Below, piece after piece: positions 37,801 to 48,283 of a stretch of 64,000 bases of DNA. The stretch covers positions 124,001-188,000 of the forward strand of contig VJWM01000205.1 of NCBI GenBank assembly GCA_010909165.1, given 5' to 3'. Numbering within the stretch: the first letter of the stretch is position 1; the number at the start of each line of letters is the position of its first letter. Both the position numbers and the translations under genes were made by a program. This DNA is from Anthoceros angustus. Its lineage: Eukaryota; Plantae; Anthocerotophyta. Under the pieces are notes generated by a model that was not told where the DNA came from, made no database searches, and was given only the letters and a program-made list of their open reading frames with translations.

Positions 37801-40124
37801 CTCAAGGCCGAGCAGTGGCGGGAGGTGCATGGGCAAGCCGTGAAGAAGAAAGGGAGGCCAGCACCCGGGAGATAGAGGATCTCCGGGCAAAGTTGCAGGG
37901 AGCGGAGGAGCGGCGCCAGGAGCTGGAGGATCGCAAGGATACCCTGGAGTTGCAGCTCCAAGACATGGTGGAGCGACATGGAATTCTCAAAGGGAGAATC
38001 ATGGACCACGAGCAGGAGATCGAGTGCCTCCAGCTCTGTTGGAGGGGGGAGGAGAGTCGACGGCGAACTAAGGAGATGGACATCGCCGAGTTGGAGAAGG
38101 AGCTGGAGGAAGCCAGAAGCCGGACAGAGATGCCGGACCGCTTGGGAAGGGAGATGGTGGCCCTCTGGGCAAGGATGGATGGAGGGGAGAGGCTCGAGAG
38201 AGGAGCGTGTCGCCGGTCCGACGCAAGGGCGAGGGAACGAGCTCATGGTCGCTGTCGGTCGAGCCACACGACGAGAGGAGGAGCACGCAGAGCAGCAGCA
38301 GAGGCTGCAGGAAGTGTCGGAGGCAGCCTTGGCGGCCTCAAGAGAGTCCGCCCGACTCCAGTTGGCGGGCCTAGCGACGGAGAGCCAGCCCGGCCAGCAC
38401 GCCCAACTACCGGAGCACCTCTGGAGGAGGGAGTACCGGGTGCTCCGGGCTCATGTGGAGGAGGCAATTCAACAAGTCGATTCAGACTTTGCCTACTACC
38501 ACGCGGAGCTCCTCAAGGCCCTAGAGGTCCTGAGTCACCCCCGTCAAATTGACGGACCTCCGGACGGGTCAGAGGGAGGAGGAGAGATGAAGGCCCCGGA
38601 GATAGTGCGGCCACCGGGACCTTGGGAGCGCTGTTCGGCGACGACAGCAGCAGCGGGGAAGGGGATCACCTGGAGGAGCAGGACATGGCGGACCCCACTG
38701 GGCCTGAGGTAAGTCCTCCGCACCCCACTACGGAAGGAAGGGAGGAGGGCCCCGAGGGGGCCATAGAGGGGGAAGTCCCGGAGGACTTGAGACAGCGTGG
38801 GGGTCCGGTGCGGGAGGACGGACCCTCGGGAAGTCCACGGGGCGGAGAAGTCCAAGGACCCGCGAGTCCGGACTCCGGAAATGAGACCAGACCACGAGGT
38901 GGGACTCCAGATAAGGCTGCACCCAAGGTCCAACCCCGTAGTCGAGACCGGTCCCGAGGTCCTGACTCCAGAGCCGGACCGAGGTCCTGACTAATAAGGC
39001 TGCACCCTAAGGTCCGAACCCCAGAGTCGAGACCGGTCCCCGAGGTCCGGACTCCAGAAGTAAAGCCGGACCCTGAGGTCCGGACTCCAGAGTCGAGGCC
39101 GGACCCCGAGGTCCGGACTCAGGAGGAGAGGGGGAATCATCACCGACCTGCTCAGGCAGAGCAACCTCTTGGGACACCCGCAGAGCAGGGACCCACCAGC
39201 AAGGCAAGAGAGGAAGGCGAGGAGGACTTGGTGGTGACCGCCGTTGTCAAGCCTCCGCCGGTGGCTCAACTTGACAGAGTCTCGGGAAGGGGAAGGGGCC
39301 GCAACTTTCAGGGCTAGGGATTGGACCAGCAGCGCCGAGGCGGAATCACGAGCACTCCCAGCCCCACCGCCGACGACGTAGATAGGCGGAATGGAGGGAA
39401 ATAGTAGGCGGCAGGCTAGGGCACACTGAGCTGGCCACCAGCTCAGAATAGAGGTGCAATAAAGACGCCACCTTAGGCGTAGTATAAGAGGGCAGAGGCC
39501 GCTCTGGTGAAGCATCTTTTTCTTGGGGTGGATACCGCGTTTCCTTGTAGACCCTTGTGCGTCTTTGCTAATGTGAGTCCTGAGTTACTGAGCAGGCACG
39601 ACAGCCCCGGAGAGATTGATCAAGGTCCTGGTGACGGACCCTAACTTGTGGTGGTGTGTGCAGGGGCGAACGATCAGAGACCCTTGCTCTTCCGGAGCCG
39701 GGGGCCGACGTTGGACGGACCGGAACGCGTGAGCCGGTGGAACTCCGGGAGGGCGTGTAGAACCCGGACGGAGGGGCCTGGCGGAACGACGACGGAGGTC
39801 CGGACCACGCAACCCACCTACTCTTCCCAAAATAACGATGAGCATAGTGAGAGTGGTGAGGAGAACGGACTACGAGGCGGTAGACTACGGGCTGAGCAGA
39901 ACAGTCTCAAACGCTTAGCCACGGGCCCTGTCGGTGAACGTTAAGAATAGTTAGTCGTAAACTGAGACCGCGCGCATTTTGAGTCCGAAACGGTCATGAT
40001 GGTGAGGTGAGAAACGGTTGGGACGTGCCAAACGGAACCTATCATTCTCTTGGGAACGGACCCCTTGCTACAACGACACGGGACTGTGCGCGCCCGGCTG
40101 GCCGTTAGCGAAAGTCATGCCACA
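34896..40124 (+). mobile_element. 5.2-kb LTR-like unit (TGTGG...CCACA) with a long frameshifted non-pol ORF
   Basis: Terminal inverted pentamer. A second family member ends at 3470. ORF pieces from 35844 to about 39240 include LHALQRGKRADWGRIIF..SPFIIHVW, a coiled coil and 11-aa repeats. No PBS, PPT or TSD seen. Confidence 0.7.
35215..35572 (+). repeat. Degenerate ~30-33-nt tandem repeats (AGCGTAAGGCTAGAGTACGCGGTTGGCGGTACC)
   Basis: Visible directly, near the left end of the 5.2-kb unit. Confidence 0.85.
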
Positions 40125-40829
40125 AGCATAATCAGACCCATTAAAGCGGTCTCTATCCCTTATCTCCACCTTGGTTGTGTTCAACTGTGTTATAGTGGGG
40201 TTGGATCCCATTTTTGACTTTGTACTGTTAGGTAATGCTGGGTGTATATCTTTTTGACTGGTTGGCTAAGACGTCTAATTTAACTAACTCTCTAAGACAT
40301 GACTCTTTTTAAATGGATGCACGATCATAATTAAATAGGTTTACTAGACCTATGACCACCATTTCTAAGGGCTCTAGAAGTTGCTCTAAGGACTTACATC
40401 ACATCAATTTTTCTGGTTCAGGTTGTGGCTTGTAGGCCAAATCTATGGGCCGGGATAAGAGACACTACGGGGTCGCAGCCAAGCAGAATTGACTGGAATG
40501 TCATCAAAGGTTGGGCTCCTCATGAACAAGTTATGAACTAGTGTATGTTTGACCTTGTACTCTAGGTTACCTAACTGCTTCTTTAATGTGACAATTTCTA
40601 TCTTAGCTTTATATGCTGCTTTATATGTTGTTGTTCATATGCTTGCTTTCCTAAGACCTGGACTTGATATTGGACAGGTGCAAGGAGGTTTCTCAGCGTC
40701 TTAGTGTCTGCCTTACGTCTAGGTTGACCTACACTATTACAATTATGACAGGGAAAGTGGGTGCTTCGGTTGCTGCAGCAACTATGGACACAGTTTAATG
40801 TCCATAGATCAGTGGTAAGCAATACCACT

Positions 40830-41480
40830 GATCTTCATGGAGCAGCCCAGAAGGATACGTTGTAGACCCTTCTTTGGTTTACGAGCTGCTGAAATCCTTG
40901 TATGTGTTAAAACAATCAGCCCGCATCTTGAATGGCAGAGCCGATAAGAAGTTGCGAGATTTAGGTTTCATCGGGCCCCTCACAGCGTCTTAGTGTCTAC
41001 ATCCTGCGCACAGACAGTGAGCTATGTATTATTGCATTATACGTAGATGATAATTTTGTCTTTGCTAGTAGCGCGGAGCTACTTACCCATATAAAGAAGC
41101 TGCTGTCTGATGAGTGGGATATGACCGACGTTGGCCCACTGCATTTAGCCCTAGGAATTCAGTTCTTCTTCAACTCGATGGACAGTTATGGCACATTACA
41201 CCAGGATCATTTTATTAGGCAGTTCCTTACCAAGTTCAACCTGCGAGACATTAATCCAGTTGCTACACCCGTCGCAGCAGGCGAAAAGCTATCATTACAA
41301 GACTGCCCTACCTCAGAAGATGATAAACAAGAAATGTCCACTATTGCTTATCGAGAAGTAGTTGGCAGCTTGTTATACCTTGCTGGATGGACACGCCCTG
41401 ATATCTCATAAGCCACAAGTATTGTTTCTCGCTCCTTATCCAACCCGGGCAAGCACCATTGGATAGTCGTCGAATGAATC
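40830..41480 (+). mobile_element. Ty1/Copia reverse transcriptase fragment
   Basis: LLKSLYVLKQSAR, IALYVDD, MTDVGPLHLALGIQF, YREVVGSLLYLAGWTRPDIS. Confidence 0.9.
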
Positions 41481-41512
41481 GGGTGTTGGTACAATGGTGT
41501 TGTGGATCGGTC

Positions 41513-42900
41513 TGTAGCGATAAAATCTGTTTTGACAAAGGTGTCCGCTAATTTGGGTGCCCAAACGCTAGTCTAAAGTAGGGTGAAATAAGGACGTGTC
41601 GCACGAGGTAAGCACTTGAATTCATGTAAGCACTTCCCCGACCAACAACCAAGCGAACAAATCGAATACGCAGATATATAGGTGCAACCAATAACAACAG
41701 AGGGAGTAGCTCGCACATCGTGGCACAAACACACCTCCCACGAGAACAACACGCAAATTCTCACACATCGCCTCGAGTCATAGCTTGGCCTCCTCACAAC
41801 GCCTTGCATTGCGCCTATCTAAGGACAAGCTATGATCCGAGCTGTCTCAATGGAAGGGTCTATATACTAGACCCAGCATCGCATATTCCTAAGATATCCT
41901 ATTGGCATCAAAGATATGCCGTAAATATCCTAAGAATACACTATAATATGCAAGGAATATGCCAAAGCATATTACTTGAGCTTATCCACTTAGCTATTGT
42001 ATCCTAAGAATACACTATAATATGCAAGGAATATGCCAAAGCATATTGAGCTTATCCACTTAGCTATTGTATCCTAAGAATACACTATAATATGCAAGGA
42101 ATATGCCAAAGCATATTACTTGAGCTTATCCACTTAGCTAACCATGTTTAATTAACACTAATCAATGCTTAATTAACATAAGCACATTAGATTAATTAAC
42201 ACTAATCAACGCTAATTAACATAAGCACTTTAGATTAATTAACACTAATTACTTACTTAAAGATAAGTAATTAGATTAATTAATGCTAATCAAACACTAA
42301 ACCCAAGTGCAGATTAGTATCATCACACGGCGCTATAGTGTGAGACTACTACACTCCCAACAAATGAGTAGCATCCTCTTCCAGACCCAAAGACTGCCTA
42401 TGTTGCTCATGTAACGGACGTGAGAGTCCCTCTGTTAGCAGGTCTGCCACGTTTTTGGCTGTAGGAACATAGGTTAAATGGATTATCTTTTGCTCGATGG
42501 CTTGACGGATATAATGAAATTGGATCTCGATGTGTTTTGAGCGCGCATGCAGTATAGGGTTTGCAGAGAGTGCTATCGCCAACTAGTTATCACACTGCAC
42601 AATAGTTGGTGAGGTTTGGTACTCATGTATTTGGAAAAAGAAGTGATGAAGCCATGTCATCTCTTTAGCTGCTAGGGACAGGGCACTATATTCAGCCTCT
42701 ATGGAGGAGAGGCTGATGGTGGACAACTTCTTGCTCTGCTAGCTAATTGCAGAACCGCAAAGAAGGGTGCAGTAAGCTGCTAAAGATTTTCGGCCATGAA
42801 CATCTCCAGCCCAATCCGCATCAGAGTAACGTGCAAGAGTAAAATCTGTTCTTTTTTAATACTTCAAGTATAGGTGTTTGGTGCATTTAAGATAGCGCAC
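41513..42900 (-). mobile_element. Inverted Copia 3' end: RNase H plus an 841-bp LTR (41513-42353, TGTAG...CTACA)
   Basis: YSDADWAGD, AEYSALS, AIALSANPILHARSKHIEIQFHYIRQ, NVADLLTEGL. Purine-rich GGGAG directly precedes the LTR. About 70-74-bp repeat x3 at 41927-42140 inside the LTR. Confidence 0.88.
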
Positions 42901-43621
42901 GCTGCTCCTCCCGGATGAAGCTGAAATTTCAAGACCCCGTTGGCAATAGCAGCATACCTCTCTCACAGTCATTTGGAAGTGGCATTAAGCAAGTGCTTTT
43001 GAAGACGAAAAGCAGCTCCTCCTCCATCATGGATGCGCTATGAAGGCGTTGAGGTCTCTGTTTTCTCCCTTCTGCCGCAAGCTCAGATGTTCGTTTCGAG
43101 CTATATACGGGGTGTTTCCTCCAGCAAGCGACCTTCCTCTTGCAGACGTGTTGTGCGTCCACATTAGGAGGGTTCAGGAGCCAAGCAGCTACCCGGATAG
43201 CTATGGCCAGCTCCAGCACGTGGGCTGCCAACAATAGAAATGAGGCAGCCATATTCGTGAGTTTGAGAAGATGTGAGACACGGTGACAGACAGTGTCTGG
43301 TGGAGAATCGCCGCTCCCCACGCCACAACTTGCCATGCCTTATCCAGTACTTATTCATTCGTTCAATTCCGAGTTTGGCCTGAGAGGGGGTATTAAATAA
43401 TAAGCATTATTACAGCAGCCCTAATTCATAATTAATTTGGGTTATTGAAGTGAAGCATCCCATGAAACAGATTTACTTTAGTTTAGTTTTAGGGCATGAA
43501 ACAGTTATGTCTTTTGGTCTCTTTCCTGTACCACTTTTGAGTTCTCTTGCTGATGCACTCTTTGCACACTTTGTGATCATGTGTGATCGTGTGTATCATG
43601 ATTCAATACCTTTTTATGCCC

Positions 43622-44250
43622 GATGGAGTCTAGTCACCCTTTCCTATCCATGTGGCGAGTGCTAGTTGGATGAATGCCCATATCTAGCAACCTAATCATA
43701 AGCTATGGGCTGCTGAAAAAATTGTCCACCGTCACATCCCTCCAACCTCTGCCTCCCTGTTGCAACAATCCGACCACTACCTTTGCAACAATCTGAGCAC
43801 TACCTTCCCCCCCATCCCTATGTTAGATGTGTGCACCCGCACACCTTCGTGGTCATCCACTTCAGCACGCCCACATGTAGCTCCATCCTTGTCTTCCGAG
43901 TCATTGTTCATGGCATGTGTTGCAGCTGATGCATGTGTCACATATGTGGTATGTGCATGGTTGCAACATGGCCTCATCATGTGGGCACCTCCAGAATTGC
44001 CTTCCTCTGGATACACATCATGACCTGAAGTGAACATGTTAGTTCCACATGCCCCGTTGATTCCAGTCAACACATCAGCAACCCTATCTTCATTTGCGTA
44101 TACTCTGTCGTCTATCTCTGAACGCCTTCCTCTATGGCGAATTCCCCCACGCGGAATCGAATCTCGGCCATTCTCCTCCAGCTTTGCCTCTTTGGCCACG
44201 TAAACTTCAAAATCATGACAGTAGTGGGTGACAACAGCGCACATTGCAAA
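43622..44250 (-). mobile_element. piggyBac-type transposase relic, middle part
   Basis: CAVVTHYCHDFEVYVAK...GGKVVLRLL, then (after a frameshift) VTVDNFFSSP*LMIRLLDMGIHPTSTRHMDRKG. This fits the piggyBac FEVY.GK, DNFFTS..L and GT.R.NR.G motifs. Confidence 0.78.
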
Positions 44251-44289
44251 AGAGGCCTCGTTAGAAAAAGCCTATTGGCTGTTTCTAAT

Positions 44290-44695
44290 AGTATTGTTGT
44301 AAAACACGAACCTTTATTGTAAAAGATACATTGTTGTAAAGAGCATATTCCACGTCGTAAAAGTCATGTCGTTAAACACATGCTAATGTTGTAAAAAGAT
44401 ATAGTGTTGTAACTAGAGTAGACAACGGTGTAAACCTCGTGCTGTAAAACGCCGACCATCATTGTAAACCAATACCATGTTGTAATTGTATGAGATGCCG
44501 TTGTAAAAAGCCAATGTCGAAAACTAAAGTTTGTTGTAATCTTTCAAACCCCAATTGTAAAAGATCCTAAAGAGTGCCACATTGTCAAAATGCATTATAC
44601 AAAAATATCCTTTGTTGTAAAAAATCAAACCCATGTTGTAAAGTATTAAGTTCTATACTAAAATCATGGCTTGAAAATCCCTATTGTAAAACGGA
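44290..44695 (+). repeat. Array of ~18 TTGTAAA-like motifs with variable spacers
   Basis: The motif recurs mostly every ~17-21 nt, with some longer gaps. Confidence 0.75.
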
Positions 44696-44957
44696 CGGAT
44701 GGCCTACAACCCTCTCTCTCTAGTTTTGAAGAGGTAGTAAAGTGATGGTTTTCCTAGTAGTGGCACTCCATCCCGAACTTTTTGGAAGTTTGCCATAAGA
44801 TGCAGGTTTTACAAAGATGTTGGACCAAACCCGCCTCATTACAGTAAAAAAAGGACATAGAAGTCATTTTCCTCTTGTGGAATTGACCCTTAGAACCTCC
44901 AACAATACGTAGAAGAGAGCATAATGTAATCGAGCTAGCCACCTTCAAGCGTGCACA

Positions 44958-45347
44958 GTTAAATAGTTAGACTTGAAAGATGGAATACCGAACACCTTAA
45001 TCTTGCAACGGAAGTTAAATAGTTAGACTTGAAAGATGGAATACCGAACACCTTAATCTTGCAACGGAAGTTAAATAGTTAGACTTGAAAGATGGAATAC
45101 GAACACCTTAATCTTGCAACGGAAGTTAAATAGTTAGACTTGAAAGATGGAATACCGAACACCTTAATCTTGCAACGGAAGTTAAATAGTTAGACTTGAA
45201 AGATGGAATACGAACACCTTAATCTTGCAACGGAAGTTAAATAGTTAGACTTGAAAGATGGAATACCGAACACCTTAATCTTGCAACGGAAGTTAAATAG
45301 TTAGACTTGAAAGATGGAATACCGAACACCTTAATCTTGCAACGGAA
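44958..45347 (+). repeat. Minisatellite, 7 x 55-56 bp (GTTAAATAGTTAGACTTGAAAGATGGAATACCGAACACCTTAATCTTGCAACGGAA)
   Basis: Seven nearly perfect head-to-tail copies; copies 3 and 5 lack one C. Confidence 0.97.
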
Positions 45348-46360
45348 TGCAACCATCGTAGGCCAAATGCAAGGAGCAGTCGATAGCTATCACTAACTTC
45401 TACGGAAATCAATGTCCGTGACACATTCTTAGAACAATATCGGATATAAAAGATAAGAAATAATACGGCCACATAAAACAAGAATGAAACAAGAACGTCA
45501 GAAGGTCACACATACCAAAAAACAAAAGTATGTAACACGACCACATGGAATAAGACGAAATAAGAGTAACGCAATCACCAATTTGTACTAAAGAAAAACT
45601 TAGCAACCGCAATAGAAGCCAATACGTAATAAAAAAACCTTACCACAAAAAATATATCTCCATCAAATTCCTCAATAGATCTACCATAAATATAAACAAC
45701 AGGAATTTAAAGAATTTCTTATAAATTTTAAAAAATTTATAACAAAACCCTGCAGACGATCAATCCCCTCTGAACATGTTGAGCCAAGGATTCACATTGA
45801 GCCTCCTAGTTGAGAACACACCCGCTGAGTCAAAACACGCTAAGGATTCGCGATGAGCCTCCTAATTGAGAGCTCTAATTTTCCTTGTGTAAAAGACCTC
45901 GGTACGTACATAGTTTGTACCTAAGATTATCCATGAGTACAATAAGTACTAGCTTCTTCTAATATTAATTCAATTAAATTCAATAAAAGTGGTCTCACGA
46001 ACACAAGTCAGATTAAAGTGCCGACTTGTCTTTTATTAGGTACTCAGTCATAGGTAGAAGCTAAACCGATTGGGGGACATGGGAACTTTTGTTGCATGGC
46101 CTCTCCCGACTATTGGCAATATATATAAAAATGACATTGAGGTGAACAGCGCGCAACGATCAAACTTCAATGCAGAAACCGGATCGCGCAGCTCACATCG
46201 GTTACGGAACTTCGTCACTGTCCTCGCAGGTTTATGGAGGGAAATTGTACAACGTGATGGAATTACGCCCGGGAGCCGTCACCGAACGGAAACTGCAGCA
46301 TCGGAGCTTTTATTGCGCGGGAACGGCAGGTTGCATGCTGTGGCAATTGCCAGAGCAACC

Positions 46361-48283
46361 ATGGCGGATGGCGGCTGGGGCGACATGAGCGTCGGGGGAT
46401 GGGGCTCGGCCCCGGTTGCCGAGGCAGGAGACACGGAGAACGCCCGGGGCGTCCCGGGGGAGGAGGCCGAGGACGGCGGCGGAGGATGGGGCGTCCCGGT
46501 GGAGGAGGCGAAGGACGGCGGTGGAGGCTGGGGCGTGCCGGTGGAAGAGTCCAAGGACGGAGGCGGAGGCTGGGGCGTCCCGGTAGAGTCCAAGGACGAA
46601 GACGGAGGCTGGGGCGCAACAATTGGAGCAGAGGATGGAGGGGGAGGAGGCAGCTGGGGGAAGCGTAAGGGGAAGCACGGCTCCGACGGGCCTGATTGGG
46701 GCGGGAAGGATGCTAAGCGGCCTAGAGGCGAGAAAGAGAAGGGAGGGGAATCGGAGCTGCCAGACTTCCTGGAACTGGGATGCCCGGACGAGGTGGTGTA
46801 TAAGAAAATTGACATCCCGCCCGGCTCGACCGGGAAGATCATCGGCAAGCAGGGGGCAACCATCAAGGCCTTGCAGGACTGCATTCCCGGCTACGTGCAA
46901 ATCAAGCTGGACAAGGAGAGCAACCAGGTGACGCTTGCCTCCGACAACGTGGCCTGCGTGGAGAAGGCGGAGATGCTGATCGAGACCCTGCTGGCCCGGT
47001 CCGACGCCAGGAATTGGCGCCCGGATGTGTCCGTGTGCTGCCTCCAGGCTTCTCAGGGCGAGACCCGCCTGGTGCTGCACCGCCTCCCCAAGGACGCCAT
47101 CTCCCGCTGCCTGCGGGAGTTCGTGAGCCTGACCAGGGACGTGTATGTGTTTCAGTCTGCCGAGCCTGAGGAGGCGGCGGCGGCGGAGGAGGAGGAGGCG
47201 CAGCCCGGAGGAGGTGAGGATAACGGCGGGGCCAATGGCGGACCTGTGGCGCGTAGATCCCACAGCAGCCTGGTGTGCGTGGATTGGGTCGGGGGCAAGG
47301 CGGCGGCCCTGCTGCCGGGGTTCGCTGAGGTGATCCAGGCCGCCGCGTCCAGCTACAGGAAGGGCACGCATGTGAAGGTGCAGGCGCAGATCGTGAAGAG
47401 CTTCTTCCGGCCCAGGCTCGGGCCGGGTTCTGTGGGCCAGCTGGAGGCCTCCATCTCCGCCAGCGCGGAGGAGATGCAGGAGAAGCTGGCCACTGGGAAC
47501 TGGACGCTGCAGAGCTCGAATCCTTACGACGAGGAGAGCATTGCGCTATCCCGGGCCGCGTTGGAGGAATTAGGGTTTGGGAAGCTTCCGGTTTCCGATA
47601 CGGTGACGCTCCATTTGGAGCACAACGAGAGCCGGAACAAGTACGCGGTGTCTGTCAAGCTGCTGCGAGATGGGGAGGGAGATGAGGATGCTGCGGCTGC
47701 GGAGGAGAACGGGAAGCAGAAGCAGCAGATAAAGTTTAAGAAGTCATATAAACGGCACGCCTTCTTCTCGTTCCTGAGAGGGTGCCCGGACGGGGAGTTT
47801 AGGTTGCTGGTGAAGAAGAGGCCGGCGGGAGATATTATGTCTGAGCCCTTTGACTGTGTGGAAACGGCGGAGATAGAGGACATCGTGAGAGGAGCTATTG
47901 GTGAGCGTACGTCTGACGGCCTGCTCAAGACCGCAGAGGCAGGAGGGGAGTACTCCCACGCCGTGACGGTGGTGCGGCACAAGGGTGTTGAGGTTTTCTG
48001 TAACAAGGAGCATAAGGTGGTGATCAAGAGGGTGAGGATGCAGGCTGCTGGCAAGAGCGAGGTTATCAGCAGGTGGGAGGTGACTGTGGAGAGCCTGCCC
48101 CTGAAAGAGCATCTCCTTTCAGGCTCTGTGCAACCAGAGGAGGTGTCGTCCTTTTTGGGTGGCCTCGTTGCGTTCACCACTCGGCTTACGCAGACTATGG
48201 GCGCTGTTGGCTGTCTCAAGGATCTTGACAACATCGCAACCGAGTGCCCCTCGGTGGATCAGTCGGAGATGACTCCATCGTGA
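46361..48283 (+). CDS. Intronless 640-aa protein: WG/GW-repeat N-terminus, basic NLS-like patch, type-I KH domain and an uncharacterised C-terminal domain
   Basis: Long GC-rich ORF with a good start context (GCAACCATGG). Eight WG motifs. KH signature IDIPPGSTGKIIGKQGATIKALQ at about 46802-46993. Confidence 0.88.
   Translation: MADGGWGDMSVGGWGSAPVAEAGDTENARGVPGEEAEDGGGGWGVPVEEAKDGGGGWGVPVEESKDGGGGWGVPVESKDEDGGWGATIGAEDGGGGGSWGKRKGKHGSDGPDWGGKDAKRPRGEKEKGGESELPDFLELGCPDEVVYKKIDIPPGSTGKIIGKQGATIKALQDCIPGYVQIKLDKESNQVTLASDNVACVEKAEMLIETLLARSDARNWRPDVSVCCLQASQGETRLVLHRLPKDAISRCLREFVSLTRDVYVFQSAEPEEAAAAEEEEAQPGGGEDNGGANGGPVARRSHSSLVCVDWVGGKAAALLPGFAEVIQAAASSYRKGTHVKVQAQIVKSFFRPRLGPGSVGQLEASISASAEEMQEKLATGNWTLQSSNPYDEESIALSRAALEELGFGKLPVSDTVTLHLEHNESRNKYAVSVKLLRDGEGDEDAAAAEENGKQKQQIKFKKSYKRHAFFSFLRGCPDGEFRLLVKKRPAGDIMSEPFDCVETAEIEDIVRGAIGERTSDGLLKTAEAGGEYSHAVTVVRHKGVEVFCNKEHKVVIKRVRMQAAGKSEVISRWEVTVESLPLKEHLLSGSVQPEEVSSFLGGLVAFTTRLTQTMGAVGCLKDLDNIATECPSVDQSEMTPS

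Larger units (their letters stand above)
27528..43616 (+). mobile_element. Copia-type LTR retrotransposon with TA...TA LTRs and several nested insertions
   Basis: 5' LTR 27528-27767 is followed by the tRNA-iMet PBS TGGTATCAGAGC. 3' LTR 43391-43616 is preceded by the PPT GAGAGGGGG. TSD TGCCC at 27523-27527 and 43617-43621. A further LTR copy starts at 30317. Confidence 0.88.

Noticed and set aside
36112-38933. Many long overlapping minus-strand ORFs in the 5.2-kb unit
   Set aside because: Expected from high GC and purine skew; only the + strand frame looks protein-like.
42929-43336. 135-aa minus-strand ORF before the 3' LTR
   Set aside because: No recognisable motif; most likely non-coding internal sequence of the retroelement.
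44958-45347. CRISPR-like array
   Set aside because: Units are head-to-tail identical with no unique spacers, there are no cas genes, and the context is eukaryotic.
46070-46360. 97-codon N-terminal extension of the WG-KH ORF given in the ORF track
   Set aside because: It starts at TTG in less GC-rich sequence. The ATG at 46361 has a better context and marks the compositional shift. The in-frame ATG at 46079 cannot be fully excluded.
46263-48234. Long minus-strand ORFs (353, 236 and 201 aa)
   Set aside because: Antisense shadows of a GC-rich coding sequence.
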